Source: Zygnema circumcarinatum SAG 698-1b (Eukaryota > Plantae > Zygnematophyceae). From it: DNA of 64,000 nucleotides. The stretch is taken from assembly GCA_037447605.1 (NCBI GenBank), contig CM074822.1, positions 705,492-769,491 on the forward strand, given 5' to 3'. Every line of letters begins with the position of its first letter. Positions within the stretch are counted from its first letter, which is position 1. A program made the position numbers and the translations under genes. This document shows, one piece after another, positions 40,500-60,287 of this stretch. Below the pieces are notes generated by a model that made no database searches, was not told the DNA's origin, and worked only from the letters and a program-made list of their open reading frames with translations.

Positions 40500-41443
40500 G
40501 CCTTCCTGGCTGTCTGGCTCAGGCCAGCTCGCAAACAAAATTCACATCAATTTTTTTATCCCGGTACAATATTACAATCTTGGTTCGGACCAAAAAGTTA
40601 AAAAAAATCGACTTGCACCGAACTCCAATAGCATTGCTCCACGTAGGAAACATGATGATGTGGTGGACTCGGAGTGGCTGAGTTTCTAAAATTGGCTTTA
40701 TGCTTAATCACAAAAAACAAATAATTATTAAAAAAATTATGAAGTCCAGGTGTGTTCTTTTTTTCCGTTCAAATTTTGTCACTTGCGTACTGTATATGTA
40801 CGGTGTCAGGTGGCCGTACCGTACGGTCCCTTGGCGGGCTGAACCGGCGTGCAAAGGGCTTGAAAAAATTTGACGATATTCTGACTTCGGCAGAAAAATA
40901 AAAAATCTGCCACGTACGCAACCGACTGTCGGTATCCACTGAGGGATCCACTGACTTATGGATCAAAGTTTTCGACCAATTGCGATGAAATTTGATCGAT
41001 CTGGACCAATCACAGTGTTGCTGAGTCAGCTATAACGACAACATAACAGATGTTTCACATGGAATCATTGTACACACACACGGTTTGGCTGCCTTTCATT
41101 ACTGTCCACTTCCGGCGAGGGATCCGGTCGTCGATTTGCGGAGCTTTCAACGCAAGGTGACAAAAAACGCGTCTGTGATTCTGGACCGTCCGATCCGATC
41201 GTCTCTTTAGAATTCTGACCGTCGATTGGATTTGAGATCGAGCCAATCATGCTTCGGCAAGATTGACGGTGACCAAAAAGAACTGTTGGCGATTCAGGAC
41301 CGTTGATCGTCACTCGTTTTGAATCCTGACCGTCAGTTTTGGATTGGGCCAATCACGCTCAGGCATTATGACAATGACTCCATTGGCACTTAGAATAACG
41401 ACAAAACAAAGTCCTAGAGGGAATCTGACTTGCTCCTTTTTAC

Positions 41444-42389
41444 GGGTAGTGATATTTCCACCCCTTTTTTGGATCCAAACACCCCTTCCCGGCCGGGCAG
41501 GTTTCAAAAAGGATTAAAAACGGAAAATGCTTTTTTCACACCTTTTTGGAATCGATACCACCCTCCATCGGCAGATTTTATTTCTGCGAAACAAGGAAAA
41601 TGATAACCCGTCACCCAATTTGAATATCCCGCCTACCTGATTTTTTTTTTCACGCGTGCGGTCAATCGCAGCCGTCGATTCCCTCGCAGATCGCCACACG
41701 GCAGATCACTATTTGATCTGCAGCCGGGCTCGGTCACAGCGCATGGCACGGGCCCACGTATCCCGCCAAAGTCCTCTCAAAAGTATGTCCGTACAAATGT
41801 CGTACGGTCGCAACTTGAGGAACCCAAAATTTCGTACATTAAGATCTTAAACCAATCAAAATTTTCCACGTCAAAATGTAACACGTGGAAGATGTTGATT
41901 GGCTGGGAGGTAACAATGACGAGATCTCGGGCCGAGGGACGCGCGCACTCGCACGTGCGGTTTGGCTTTGACGGGACTCGTGGGCGCTTTCCATTCGCTA
42001 AGATCGAGCCCGGCTGCAGATCGAACGGTGATCTGCAGTGGTGCGATCTGCGAGGGAAATTGACAGATGCGATTGACACACACGTGTGAAGGACGGACAC
42101 CCGCGTACGATCTCGTGGGGGACGGATCTTCCGCTCCGAGCGGATTCGGGCAGGCAGATATTTCTTTCCCTCAAAAAAAAAATTCAGGGAGGCGGGATAC
42201 AGTATTCCAAAATGCGGTGACGGGGTATCATTTTCCTTGGTTAGCAAATAAAATCAGCCGACGGAAGAAGGTGGGTATCGATTCCAAAAAGGTGTGAAAA
42301 AAGCATTTTCTGTTTTTAATCCCTTTTGAAATCTGCCCGGCCGGGAAGGGGTGTTTGGATCCAAAAAAGGGGTGGAAATATCACTACCC
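41444..42389. mobile_element. Non-autonomous MULE-like foldback element (946 bp)
   Basis: Perfect terminal GGGTAGTGATATTTCC; inverted arms extend to about 41735 and from about 42000; 8-bp TSD CTTTTTAC at 41436-41443 and 42390-42397. No transposase ORF. Confidence 0.9.
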
Positions 42390-42762
42390 CTTTTTACAGC
42401 TTGTCACATATGTAATATCAAATTTGCTATCCATAAAAACTATTTAGAGCAAGTACTGTACATTATACCCCGTAGATCCAAATATTGAAATGACGGAGAT
42501 TTCTTATCTGTTCCTCAAAATATCGACATAATGCCGAAATGCTGTAATGCCGCCATTTGGCATTAACTTTTATTCGCTCTGGCGCCAACGCGACTTGTGG
42601 GCGTAGGGAAACCCGACCGTACAGCTTACGGCCAGCCTGGGCCACAGCTGTACCGATTTCCTTCATGTTGGCTTGTACAGCCTAGCAATCATGCGCTAGA
42701 AGCTTCTCGTGTTGGGCAAACATGGAGTGGGAGGTTTCATGAGCAATAGTTGTTGGTCCGCC

Positions 42763-42930
42763 GGCTGGCAGTCGGACGGCAGTCGGCTGGCAGTCGGTCG
42801 GCAGTCGGCTGGCAGTCGGCCGACAGTCGGCTGGCAGGCGGTCGGCAGTCGGCTGGCAGCCAGCCGGCAGTCAGCGGGCAGTCGGCCGGTAGTCGGCTGG
42901 CAGTTGGCCGGCAGTCGGCCGACGCCGGCC
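42763..42930. repeat. 11-bp GC-rich minisatellite GGCAGTCGGNN, about 15 copies
   Basis: Direct reading; CT-ending units tend to alternate with variable ones. Confidence 0.9.
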
Positions 42931-43731
42931 AGACTCGGGGGTTCGATCCTTAGTTCAGGAGAACAGTGTGATACGGGCAGGGCAATATTGTTGGGCTAAA
43001 GCACGAAAGGCAGGTTCTCGAAACATGGGAGTGTCAGTTCAACATCTTCCTAGGACGTTCGTAAGGTCCGTTCTAAACGGTTTCTCGTAGTTCTGGTCCA
43101 TGTTGTTGTTGTGCATGTACATTTCATGGCCACGTGATGCCAATGCAATTTCACATTCGTAAGGGTCATATTTTGGTGATCGATACGATACCAGCTCGAC
43201 CAGAAAGCCCTTGTTGTTGATACCACTTTGTCCCTTAACTTTCACGACGTGCCAAGTAGGGCATGTCAGACTTAAAAAAGTCGAAAGGAAAAATCGTGCA
43301 AGTAGGCAGTGAGCCTATGTCATACGCTCCAAACTTGTTGGAACAATAAGAATCCAAAGGCGAAAACGGCATTGAACTCACGGAATGGTGGCAATGGAAC
43401 AATGCATGGACAACAACAACAACACCAACACCAACAACAACAACAATTTGTCAGCCCTAAAGCCTTTCGACCAATCAAGCACGCCTCGCCAGGTGAAACC
43501 TACCTCACATCGACCGAAAGATCCAGGAATCGACATTATGATTGGATTCTCTAGCTTTTTCGTAATAATGACGTAACCAAAACACAGAACAGAACTGTTG
43601 GATGTTCGTGTGCATGGAAACGGGCTTTACCTGGGCCAGGTGTTATGTTCACGTGCTGGACACGGCAGCTGACATGCAGTACGGACATTCTGTACAAAGT
43701 TTTTTTTTTTTTGACAAATGAGAATCATGAA

Positions 43732-44526
43732 CCAATGGGATTATGTCACGTCAGCACACATTTGTAGTCATTTCGCATGGGACGCTTCGACCTAAAATCG
43801 TTGGTACTCACCCTTATCTCCAGGAGCCAATCGAAGATCGCCACGCTTATAAAAATCGTACGTGGCAAGGTTTGATTCGCTTAAGTCGTTACAGCCTCAG
43901 GACTCGTCATATTGCAAGGCGTCAGTGATAAGGACAAGAGACGTGTACCGAAACGAGTACTCAGACATATTGTGATTAGATCCGAAATTGTACTCAGTTT
44001 ATTTAAACATCAATCTTGAATTTCAAAGCGTCCGTACACGCTCCCCAGTTTGACTGCGCTTTCACAAAAAGCCGTCCGTACGGTTGGGTGTCCGGCGCTG
44101 GCTGCGTCAATTGACCAAATTTTTTCAAGAAAAAAATTGTGCCAATATGTTTTGAGGAGATAGAAATGCAATTCATTGTGGAAAAAAAATATTACGCATT
44201 GTTACTCTGACACTGTATGGCACTCCAATCGAGAAAGTCAACAAAAATAGAACCAATTCGAGAACGAAACGTGTCCATATTGCCACGTTTCAAATACTGA
44301 TTGGTCCATTCCCCACGCTTTTTAAGATGGAGCCTGTCCTGTCACCGAAGGAAAAAAATGAAATTTGAAAACTTGTGAGTCAAAATGTTCTGGAGCACAA
44401 GAAGAGAAATTAATATGGCTGAAAAAACTGACGCGTTGTCACATTGCAAGGGACTTTTCCTCCAAAGCGGGAGCCAGTCCCATAATGCCACGTGTCCAGA
44501 TTGATGTCGTGGCAGTCCATGATTGG
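43732..44526. promoter_or_regulatory. CCAAT-N9-YCACR elements upstream of G8 copy B
   Basis: 43732-43750(+), 43827-43845(+), 44508-44526(-), plus a CCAGT variant at 44474-44492. Confidence 0.55.
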
Positions 44527-44974
44527 CTCAATCCTAGATTGAGATCGCTGATTGGATCCGCCCTGTGCTTTTCGTTTGCGGCTTCCCTCCAGGGCGGTCC
44601 AGCAGAGGCCGCCGCCGCATAAATAGGGGGCCGTCAGCGGCCGCCTACGGCTCTCTCCCACTTGTTCTCCCTCTCCCTCTCCTTTTCCCACTCGTTCTCC
44701 CTCTCCCTCTCCCTCTCCTTATCCCTCTCCCACTCGTTCGCCCTCTCCCTCTCCCTCTCCCGCTCCCTCTCCCGCACACTCTCGTTCGCCCTCTGCCTCT
44801 CCCATTCCCACTCGCTTTATTTCAACCTCTCCCACTCTCAGTCCTTGCGCTCGTTATTCCACGCCCTCTCCCTCTCCAAATCGATCTCCAAGTCTCAAGC
44901 TCTCTCACTCTCCCTCTTTATCTGTATTTCCTGGTGGTACTTGCATGCCGACACGTGCAACAGCCTTATTGGCG

Positions 44975-47170
44975 ATGGAACGGGGCGGATCTTCCAAGGG
45001 AGGCTCCGTCATGGCTGTGCTGTTGGCAGCGTTCCTGCTGGTAGGACACATGGCGAGCGTGCAGGGTGTTGCGGGGCCTTCCTTGGCCTCCGATGTGTTC
45101 ATATCGCCTTGCACTGTGCCTGAAGAAGGCGGTAAGGATTCTCGTCCCCGCCTGCACTGCTGTACGGAGAGAGGAGAGCTGCCCTTGCTTGAAACAGAGT
45201 TTTCACCGATTTGATGTTTGGAAGGCTCATGGCGGAAGCCTGAACTGCCTGCGAGGAAGGGAGAAAGACTGCTGGAATCGGTTTGAGCAGAAAAACTCGG
45301 TTTGGCGTCTGTCGGGGGGAGTTGTGCCTGTCCTGCTCTCACTGTCTCCCTCGTTTGCTGGCGCTGTGCAGCGTACAAGCTCTGGAGCTCGCCTGCCACG
45401 TGGCCGGGCGGTGTTGTTCCCGGCATCGGCGCCGCAGTGGGCGCGAACGCGACCATCCCCTGCGACGTGGCAGTGCTGCTCGACGTGCCGAACGTCACTC
45501 TCGCCATTCTGCAAGTCAAGGGCTACCTGAGGTGCGCGCAAGCACTCAGTCTCAATCTGAAACTGAATCTGAAACTGGATGAAACTTTGCAAGAACCACG
45601 TTCAATGCAACACGTTCATCGAAAGCTGTCCTGCAATTGCAGTCGTAAATCTTTCAGAGTCTCAGGAACTTAGTTTTTGNNNNNNNNNNNNNNNNNNNNN
45701 NNNNNNNNNNNNNNNNNNNNNNNNNNNNNNNNNNNNNNNNNNNNNNNNNNNNNNNNNNNNNNNNNNNNNNNNNNNNNNNTACGCTCTGGAGTGCATCGGG
45801 TCTCGAAAGGCGTCCAAATTTCTACCTCCCCAACGCTTCCACGTCGACTTTCAATATGACCGGCATCCCACCATATGGCTACAACAATGGTAACGCCAAA
45901 GCCTTCAAACCTTCATAAGCGCGAAACCCTTTTGAGGAAAATTCTGCTATTTCATTGAAGCAGCTGCCACTTATTTCTCAAGACTGTCCTCCTTTGTCCC
46001 GCCCTCTATCAATGAGCCCCAGCAATTCGCAACCCATCGCATCTGAGCTTTCCTATTCAATGTAAACATTTGCCTTCTTTGCCTAAACCCCCTTGTCTTT
46101 GGGGTCCCTTTGGGCTGGCAGTGGCTTTGGGTTTCTACGTTCTGCCCAAGCCCTCGCCCACTCTCATCACGTACTACTTCCGGAAGACGTTCGCCCTCGC
46201 GGACACCGCCTGCTTCTCGGCGCTGTACCTGCAGCTCTTCGCCAAAGACGGGGGGGTCCTCTACCTCAACGGCAACGAGTTCTACCGCTTCAACATGCCA
46301 ACCGGACCAGTCAACTTCAGGACGGGGGTGAGCACTCGTTTGCTTCACTAGTGATTGGAGGGAAAACAATCGGTTCTTTAGGTGGGGGTGCAGCCACGGG
46401 TCTACCCCTGCTCTTGATGAATACTTACTTGCAGCGATTTCCTTTCCCAGTGAGAAATGAATTACTTAATAATGAATCCTCAGTCTGTGATGTCTGTGTC
46501 TACCTTGCCTCCTCATATGATGCTCTCCGGCTATAGTAGATTGCATTTTGATCCAAGCTGCTGCTTTGAATGAGGCAGTCAGCTTGAAGAGGATATCTAC
46601 AACTCTGGAAACATCCTCCTTTGTAAAGCCCATCCTATCCTCGCCCCACCAACCCTAAATCCCTGTCCTCTAATTGGCTGCGCAGGCTTCCGCCGTCGGC
46701 AAGTGGAAGCTGTGGTCGAACACCACTCTCGCCGTTCCGGGAGCCGACCGCTCCCTCCTCCTGCAGGAGGGCACCAACACGTTTGCGGCGGAAATCCACG
46801 TCATCAATGGAAGATCGGCACAGTTCAGTTTCGACATTCGCATGTTCGGTATTCGCAAGTAAGTTACTTCGCTTTGGAGCCTAAAGCATGTCATAATTTC
46901 CCTCAAAACATTCTCTATTCAAACATTGTTTATGGGACTGCAGAAAAACTTCTGATAAATTCGATGTCCGGCTTCTTGTTGGTAAATGCATGTGGGTTCT
47001 TGGGGCCTTCACAATACGAGCTTCCAGAGAAAAAAATAGACTATTCGATTGCCAGCTTGCTTCGGGACTCAAAACGGGCCCCCTTGAACATTCCTACGAC
47101 CTGGGGGGCGTTGCCTTCTGAGTCTCCGCTGGGGGAGACTTCACATATGTCTCCCTCATTCTCTCTGTAG
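44975..47170 (+). CDS. G8-domain protein copy B, inverted relative to A; middle hidden by an N gap
   Basis: Exons 1-2 and the last four exons are roughly 90% identical to copy A by eye, with the same splice sites and the same final exon ending SHMSPSFSL*. Confidence 0.78.
45680..45779. other. 100-N scaffold gap
   Basis: The flanks correspond to positions about 4.5 kb apart in copy A. Confidence 0.95.
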
Positions 47171-48627
47171 AGACATTTTCCATGTTCTAAGCCACAATTC
47201 CCGGCGACGGAGCACAGACTGCAAACGATTTTGCTTTTTGTAGGGACTTCGGCATTCTTTTTCTTTTAAAAAGAGAAAAAGGACCTTTTATCTTATGTTC
47301 GCTGCTTTTATGGGCGGGCGGATTTCTATTGCAGGGCCGTCTGCTCGGGTGCCGCGAGGTATTGAGCGACCAGAGGGGGCGGAGGACCCCGCGGCTTTCA
47401 TTGTAAGCTCCTTAGCTCGAGATATATGTGGGAATGTTCAGGCAACCTGAACCGTAGTATTGAGGCAGAACAATAGCAAAGAACCTAAAAATATGGCTCA
47501 AGACGGTTGAAGAAAACCAAAAGGGTCCATTCTAGGACTCTTCGGAGCTTGACATGCCGTAGCTTCGGTAAAATTACAACATGAACTTACTTGCAATAAA
47601 CTGAGAGAGAGACAAAGGGGGAGTGCTGAAGGTAGAGAAAACGAGACATCACACTGGCAGTGAACGTACTATAGTCTTCTTAAGAATCGTTATACAAATC
47701 CCTTAAAATATATCACAATGTCAGAATTCTAAGGCACCGCGGAACGCCAACGTTTTTTTTTTTTTTTTTAAACGAATGTGCATGACTCTTACCACATCAG
47801 TTCGCATATGCATGCTTTCATATGCTTTCTTAAGAAACTCATGGTATAGGTGTCAGTGATCAGAAACTATTGATTTTGACAACTGATATGGAGTTTTTCG
47901 ATGGGGCTACCAGAGGATGCCGCAGGAAGTCTTGCTCCTCCACTTGCTAAGGGAGAGTGAAAGAGCGAGAGAGGGAGGGAGTGCGGAAGCTGAAGAAACC
48001 GACGAAACCGAGGCCTCGGTGGCTTTAGGACGTAAAGTATGGAGAATTGTATTTTATGTAATTTAAGGTTATTAAGGGTTTCAAGGTGTATTATGTAGGG
48101 TTTTAAGTGTTTTTACGATGTAAGCTGAATGGCCAAAGGTCTAGAATTCATCTCATTTTTCGCCTCCGCCGTCTGCTGGATGACCCATCTCCAATTTTCT
48201 CTAGCACTCGAGCGTAAATAAGTCAGTATTGGTTGCTTAAAAAACGAAAAAGAATGGTCTTGGCTTAGAACTTGCTGAGGGGGCCGTTCCATGAAGGTGC
48301 TCGTCTGTGGTTTCACAGGAAAAATAAAACTAGGGTAGGGGATTCAGTTGAGGTTACTTTCAATTCGTAAGAAGGGGAAGGGAGGACGCGATGGGGAGAG
48401 AGACCGGGGATATAGAAGTGGAAGAAGCAACAAGGCAAAACTTCTAGAAGTTCCTAGTAGAAAGAGAGAGAGAGAGCGAGAGCGAGAGAGAGAGGTAGCG
48501 CAGTTTTCCTCTCCCTCCCCACCTTGCTTCTCCTAACGGTCACTCTCGTAGAACAGCTTCATTCATGTCAATAAATATATTCAGTAGAATAAACTTGTTT
48601 GTCTTGATCGCTTATTTAACTTGGTTT

Positions 48628-48699
<72 letters not shown>

Positions 48700-50833
48700 C
48701 ACTCTCTCTATCTCTCTAAACAAAAAACAGAAGAATGCCCATTGAGGGGGGAGGGACAGGATAGAAGTGAGGGGGGTGAAAGTCGTAGGGTTTGGGGGCA
48801 TCCGGAGGAAGAGGGCTCAACATTTCACGGTTTTAGGGTTTCAAAGCTGTCAGGTTCTAGGCTTGAGCGTGGTAGGGCTTCAGAGCAGTAGAGCAGCACG
48901 TTGAGGGTAGTATGGTTTAGGTTTACGATTTTGATGTTTTAGAGTGCTAAGGCCTAAAAGTGTGTAGACAGTTGAGGTTCCCCTCAAGAGTTCTTTTGTG
49001 GCTGAAGGATAGCAAGGGAGGATTAGCCTAAGTTTGGTTAGTCTGGTTTTTTACATTGATGGTTAAGGCTTCCTCCAGGATTCGACTTAGGAAGGGGAAA
49101 GAGGTTGACCTATCTTAGTTGGACCAGAAAATGGTCAGAAAGTAGAAACTGGAAATCGTTTCAAATTGTCAGTAAGTAGTCTCCAAGAGACCGACACATC
49201 TTCAGAACTGGAAATTGCAAAGTGAGAACTGAATACTGGAAATTGAATTGGAATCGGAAAGCAGTTGAGTGGGCATCTTGGTATTTCGGGATTTGGAATT
49301 CTTTGACAATCTGTTGCACGATTTTTGCTCTTTCTTCTAAATTGCTTGGAAAAGAATGCTGCAATGTGAAGCTCTTTGCAGAAAACTGAACCAAGAAAAA
49401 TTCTGGAATAGGTTTACTTCCAGACAGAGCGGCTGGAGAATGCCGTTCTAGCAAGTTACAGAACCATGTCCGGAAAGACATTTGGCACTGATGTAATGCA
49501 ATTGCATAACTTACAAAACAATAGAAGAAGGGAAAATGGCATTGAACTAACTAACTAACTAACTATAGCCGTTTCTTTTTCTAAGAAAAGAGTGTAAAAA
49601 GAGGTGAATTTCCGAGTAAGAAAGCCGCCCCCTAAAACTTCTCAAAGCACCACAGAAGCAGCAGAAAACTGCAAATTTATACAAAAACCTATTGACAAAA
49701 AGACCGACGAGTAGTCGACCTACCTCCTGCAAGTACTAATACATTGTGCTAACCCTAATCTTCTCAAGTAACTATCTCTTAAAATATGGATAGATATCGT
49801 TATCCCTGAAATTGGATATCAAATGGATAAAATTATACAAAATTTTAGCTCGAAGCTCTTAATTCGAAGCACGCATTGAACAATCAAGTTCCCAAAATGT
49901 CCAACTTCGACGAATTCTGTCGAAATTTGTCCAATTTTGTACAATTCCTTCGCCCCAGCGAACTCTCGTCAACGAGACATTGACGATAAGAGTGGTGCGG
50001 GAAGGAGAAGATGAAAGATCTTCATCTTTGAATGAAGAAGGTGAACGGAGTACATGCAGAACATCGAAGTAAGGAGTAGGCATGGACAGCCGTTGTAGAA
50101 TTTAAATGAAGATAGCAATCCATAGGGTTTCAAAGAGAGGCGCTTTCACCCTGGCAATCAACCCTGAACCACCCAACCAGAGAGATAGTGAGAGAGAGGC
50201 CGCAAAGAGATAGTGGGAGGAGAGCAGAGAGAGACAGTGAGAGAGAGGCAGCGAAGAGATAGTGAGGAAAGAGCAGAGAGACAAAGTAAGAGAAATGCAG
50301 CGTGACGGATGTTACCAACGAGCAGACAAATCTAAACAATGAGAAGAAAGAAAAGCAAAGAGAAGGGAAGTACTAAGGCCCTACGGAGGTTGGCACCATT
50401 TTTATGTCAAAACTTTCAGAGACCAATCGTCAATCTCGCTACACAAGCAGGCATTGCAACCGTCTGTTCCTCAGAAAGCAAGACATCGCTCTTGACAAGC
50501 TCATTTCTTCCCTCTCCATTTCCCCTCTCTCTCTCCCTCTTCCTCTCCCTCTCCCTCTCCCTCTCCCTCCCTCTTCCTCCCTCTTCCTCCCTCTTCCTCC
50601 CTCTTCCTCCCTCTCCCCCTCCCTCTCCCCCTCCCTCTCCCTCTCCCTCTTTCCCTCCCTCTCCCTCTCCCCCTCCCTCTCCCTCTCCCTCCCCCCACCC
50701 CCTCTCCCTCCCCCCACTCCCTCTCCCTCCCCCCACTCCCTCTCTCCCCCCACCCCCCTCCCTCCCCCCACTCCCTCTCCCTCCCCCCACTCCAGACATG
50801 AACTCTTCCACAGCAGCAGCCCTCATCACTCAC

Positions 50834-57010
<6,177 letters not shown>

Positions 57011-57239
57011 CTGCAGACACGAAAGGCAGAGGAAGCGATATGTGTGAGAGAGAGAGAAGGGGGCGTGGAGGAGAGGGAGAGAGAAAGGGAGAAAGAGAGA
57101 GAGGGAGGGGAACAGGGGAGGAAGGGGGAGGGAGAGGGAGAGCGAGAGCGATGTGAGATCGAGAGAGAGAGAGAAAAGAGAGAGGAGCGAGAGGGAGAGA
57201 GAGCGAGGGCGAGAGGGAGAGAGAGAGAGAGTGAGCAAG

Positions 57240-57891
<652 letters not shown>

Positions 57892-57932
57892 AAGAGAGAG
57901 GAGCGAGAGGGAGAGAGAGCGAGGGCGAGAGG

Positions 57933-57980
<48 letters not shown>

Positions 57981-57984
57981 GGGC

Positions 57985-58015
<31 letters not shown>

Positions 58016-58073
58016 CGAGAGAGGGAGATCAGTCTGGTGGGGATCTTGAGAGCAGTGTTGATGTAGTGCCTTC

Positions 58074-58173
58074 NNNNNNNNNNNNNNNNNNNNNNNNNNN
58101 NNNNNNNNNNNNNNNNNNNNNNNNNNNNNNNNNNNNNNNNNNNNNNNNNNNNNNNNNNNNNNNNNNNNNNNNN
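58074..58173. other. 100-N scaffold gap between G8 copy C and the transporter gene
   Basis: Both neighbouring genes are incomplete on the side facing the gap. Confidence 0.95.
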
Positions 58174-58184
58174 GTGAGGGAGGG

Positions 58185-58225
<41 letters not shown>

Positions 58226-58619
58226 AGCTTTAAAGTGCTCCTATTGAGCTCCTATTCTAGTCACAGAACCATATGACGCATAGATTATTTTTTTCATTTC
58301 GATCAAACTTAAAGTTTAGGACGGTTGATTAAAAATCACACACTTCCTCATCACTGAATCCGGATACAACGAGGATAATTTATCTCAAAAAGTGGATCCG
58401 AAACCTGCTGGATCCACATCATTCAGCCATTCCATCTATGGACTCTTCAGATAACATTCCATGCACTGCAAATTGCATAGAACTTTGCAATTCTAAGCAG
58501 TTCAATTTCAGCATTTGAACTGCATACTCTTTAGCAACAACAACTTTAACAACCATAACTTCAACTGCAACTTTTAAATTTAACTATATGAGGTTAGTAT
58601 GAGGTAACTTTTGTCTTAC

Positions 58620-59972
58620 CTCCAGCCCCGGCAGTAGTAGAGACTTTGGGTTTCTCATGTTCATGTTGTTCAACATGAGAGACTCTCTCAGCCGATTCAG
58701 CACTCCCACTATCCCTTCCTTCTGATTGGTCCAGCTCAGCGTCCAACCCTAACAAACCCACAAACACCCCATCTCCATTCCTCTCCTCCTTCTCCCTCTC
58801 CCTCTCCCTCTCCCTCTCCCTCTCCTTCTCCTCCCCGTTCAGTAGCGGAGTCTCCAAATACTGGGCTTCTACTTCCGGAAAGGACTGAACAGAGTCAGAA
58901 GAGACAAAAGAGGAGGAGTAGACTACCCGCCCCCCCATATAAGCAAGGCTCGGAAAAACCGTTGGAAGGAATTTATGTGCTGCAGTTTCCCTCACACTTG
59001 ACGGAATTGAAAAAGAAAGTTGGTCAACACTCCCACTGGGAGTGAGAGAGGGAGCCTTAGGGACCCTTCGGGGAGGTCCGGGAACAGGAATGGCAGAAAC
59101 AGAGGGAGAGGCAGCAGGTCGAGGTTTGGGCCGAGGCTGAGGGAGAGAAGGAGGGAGGGGAGAGGTAGGGGTGACGTAGCGGAGGATAAGGACAGCAATG
59201 CTGACGACTGTGAAGGCTAGTAGGGTGCCCACACTGACCTGCATAACCCCATGGGAATGAGAATTTAGGGTTTTATTTAGATTTCGGAAGGATTGGAGGT
59301 TGGAGGGTATCATCGCATTATGCTTTGAGGGAGGCAGGTGGCGGAAGTGGGAGGGAGAGGGAGACGGAGAGGACGGGGATGAGGGCAGGGGTGGGGGAGG
59401 GGGGGAGAGAGCGGGAGAGGGGGGGCGGGATATGGGGAGGGTGAGGGGAACAGGGGTGGGAAAAGGCAGAGGGAGAGGAGAGGGTGAGGGGGGGGGGAGA
59501 GAGTGGGAAAGGGAGACAGCAAGGGAGAGGGAGGCAGATGCAGAGGCATAGTCCGACGGAGAGAGGACGGGAGAGGGAGAGGGAGAGGGAGNNNNNNNNN
59601 NAGTGGGAGAGGGAGAGGGAGAGGGAGGGGGAGAGGGAGAGGGAGAGGGAGAGGGAGCGGGAATTGCTCGGCTTAGTTTTCTGCCGCCAGGACCATTTCA
59701 GACCTTGCAGAAACCATTTCAAGGGGCTACTTACTTTTTTGCTCGCTATCACTCTCATAAAAAATGATAATGTGTTTACTATTTTGGGCACAACTATTGT
59801 TAAAAAGAAGTTATACTCCAGAAACATTTGTAGTTAAGAAAAAGTTCTAGTAAAGCAAAATCATTCTTAAAAAAAGTCCCCGTTGAGAAAAACGAACTAG
59901 TTTAGAAAAAGTTCCAAGAAGTTAGTTAGTTAGTTAGTTGGTTGGTTGGTTGGTTGGTTGGTTGGTTAGTTG

Positions 59973-60038
<66 letters not shown>

Positions 60039-60249
60039 CAGTCAGTCAGTCAGTCAGTCAGGAACCATCCTGTCCGAGCCTCACCATGCCCGTGAGTTGG
60101 TCGATGTCCATAAAGAAGGCCATCGCCGCTGCGACCACACCCGTGATAACTGTCGCGTTTAGAGGCACGCCCGTGCTAGGGCTGACTTGGCATACCCAGC
60201 GAGGGAGCAGCCCGTCGCGACCCATCGCCAGCAGTATGCGGGGCTGCAC

Positions 60250-60287
<38 letters not shown>

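Noticed and set aside
42925-42990. tRNA gene
   Set aside because: Only a B-box-like word is present; no acceptor stem, D arm or anticodon arm could be folded.
42463-43554. Short ORFs in the A-B spacer (42463-42666, 43039-43245, 43309-43554)
   Set aside because: No recognisable motif and no consistent splice chain; one is driven by an AAC repeat. Not called without expression data.
47460-50330. ORFs of 60-110 aa between copies B and C
   Set aside because: No domain signal or splice support; treated as ordinary intergenic DNA.
50330-50385. Hydrophobic GPI/TM tail (ALVLPFSLLFFLLIV*) as the last exon of copy C
   Set aside because: Equally explained as a polypyrimidine tract, and copies A and B end with a different, non-hydrophobic exon.
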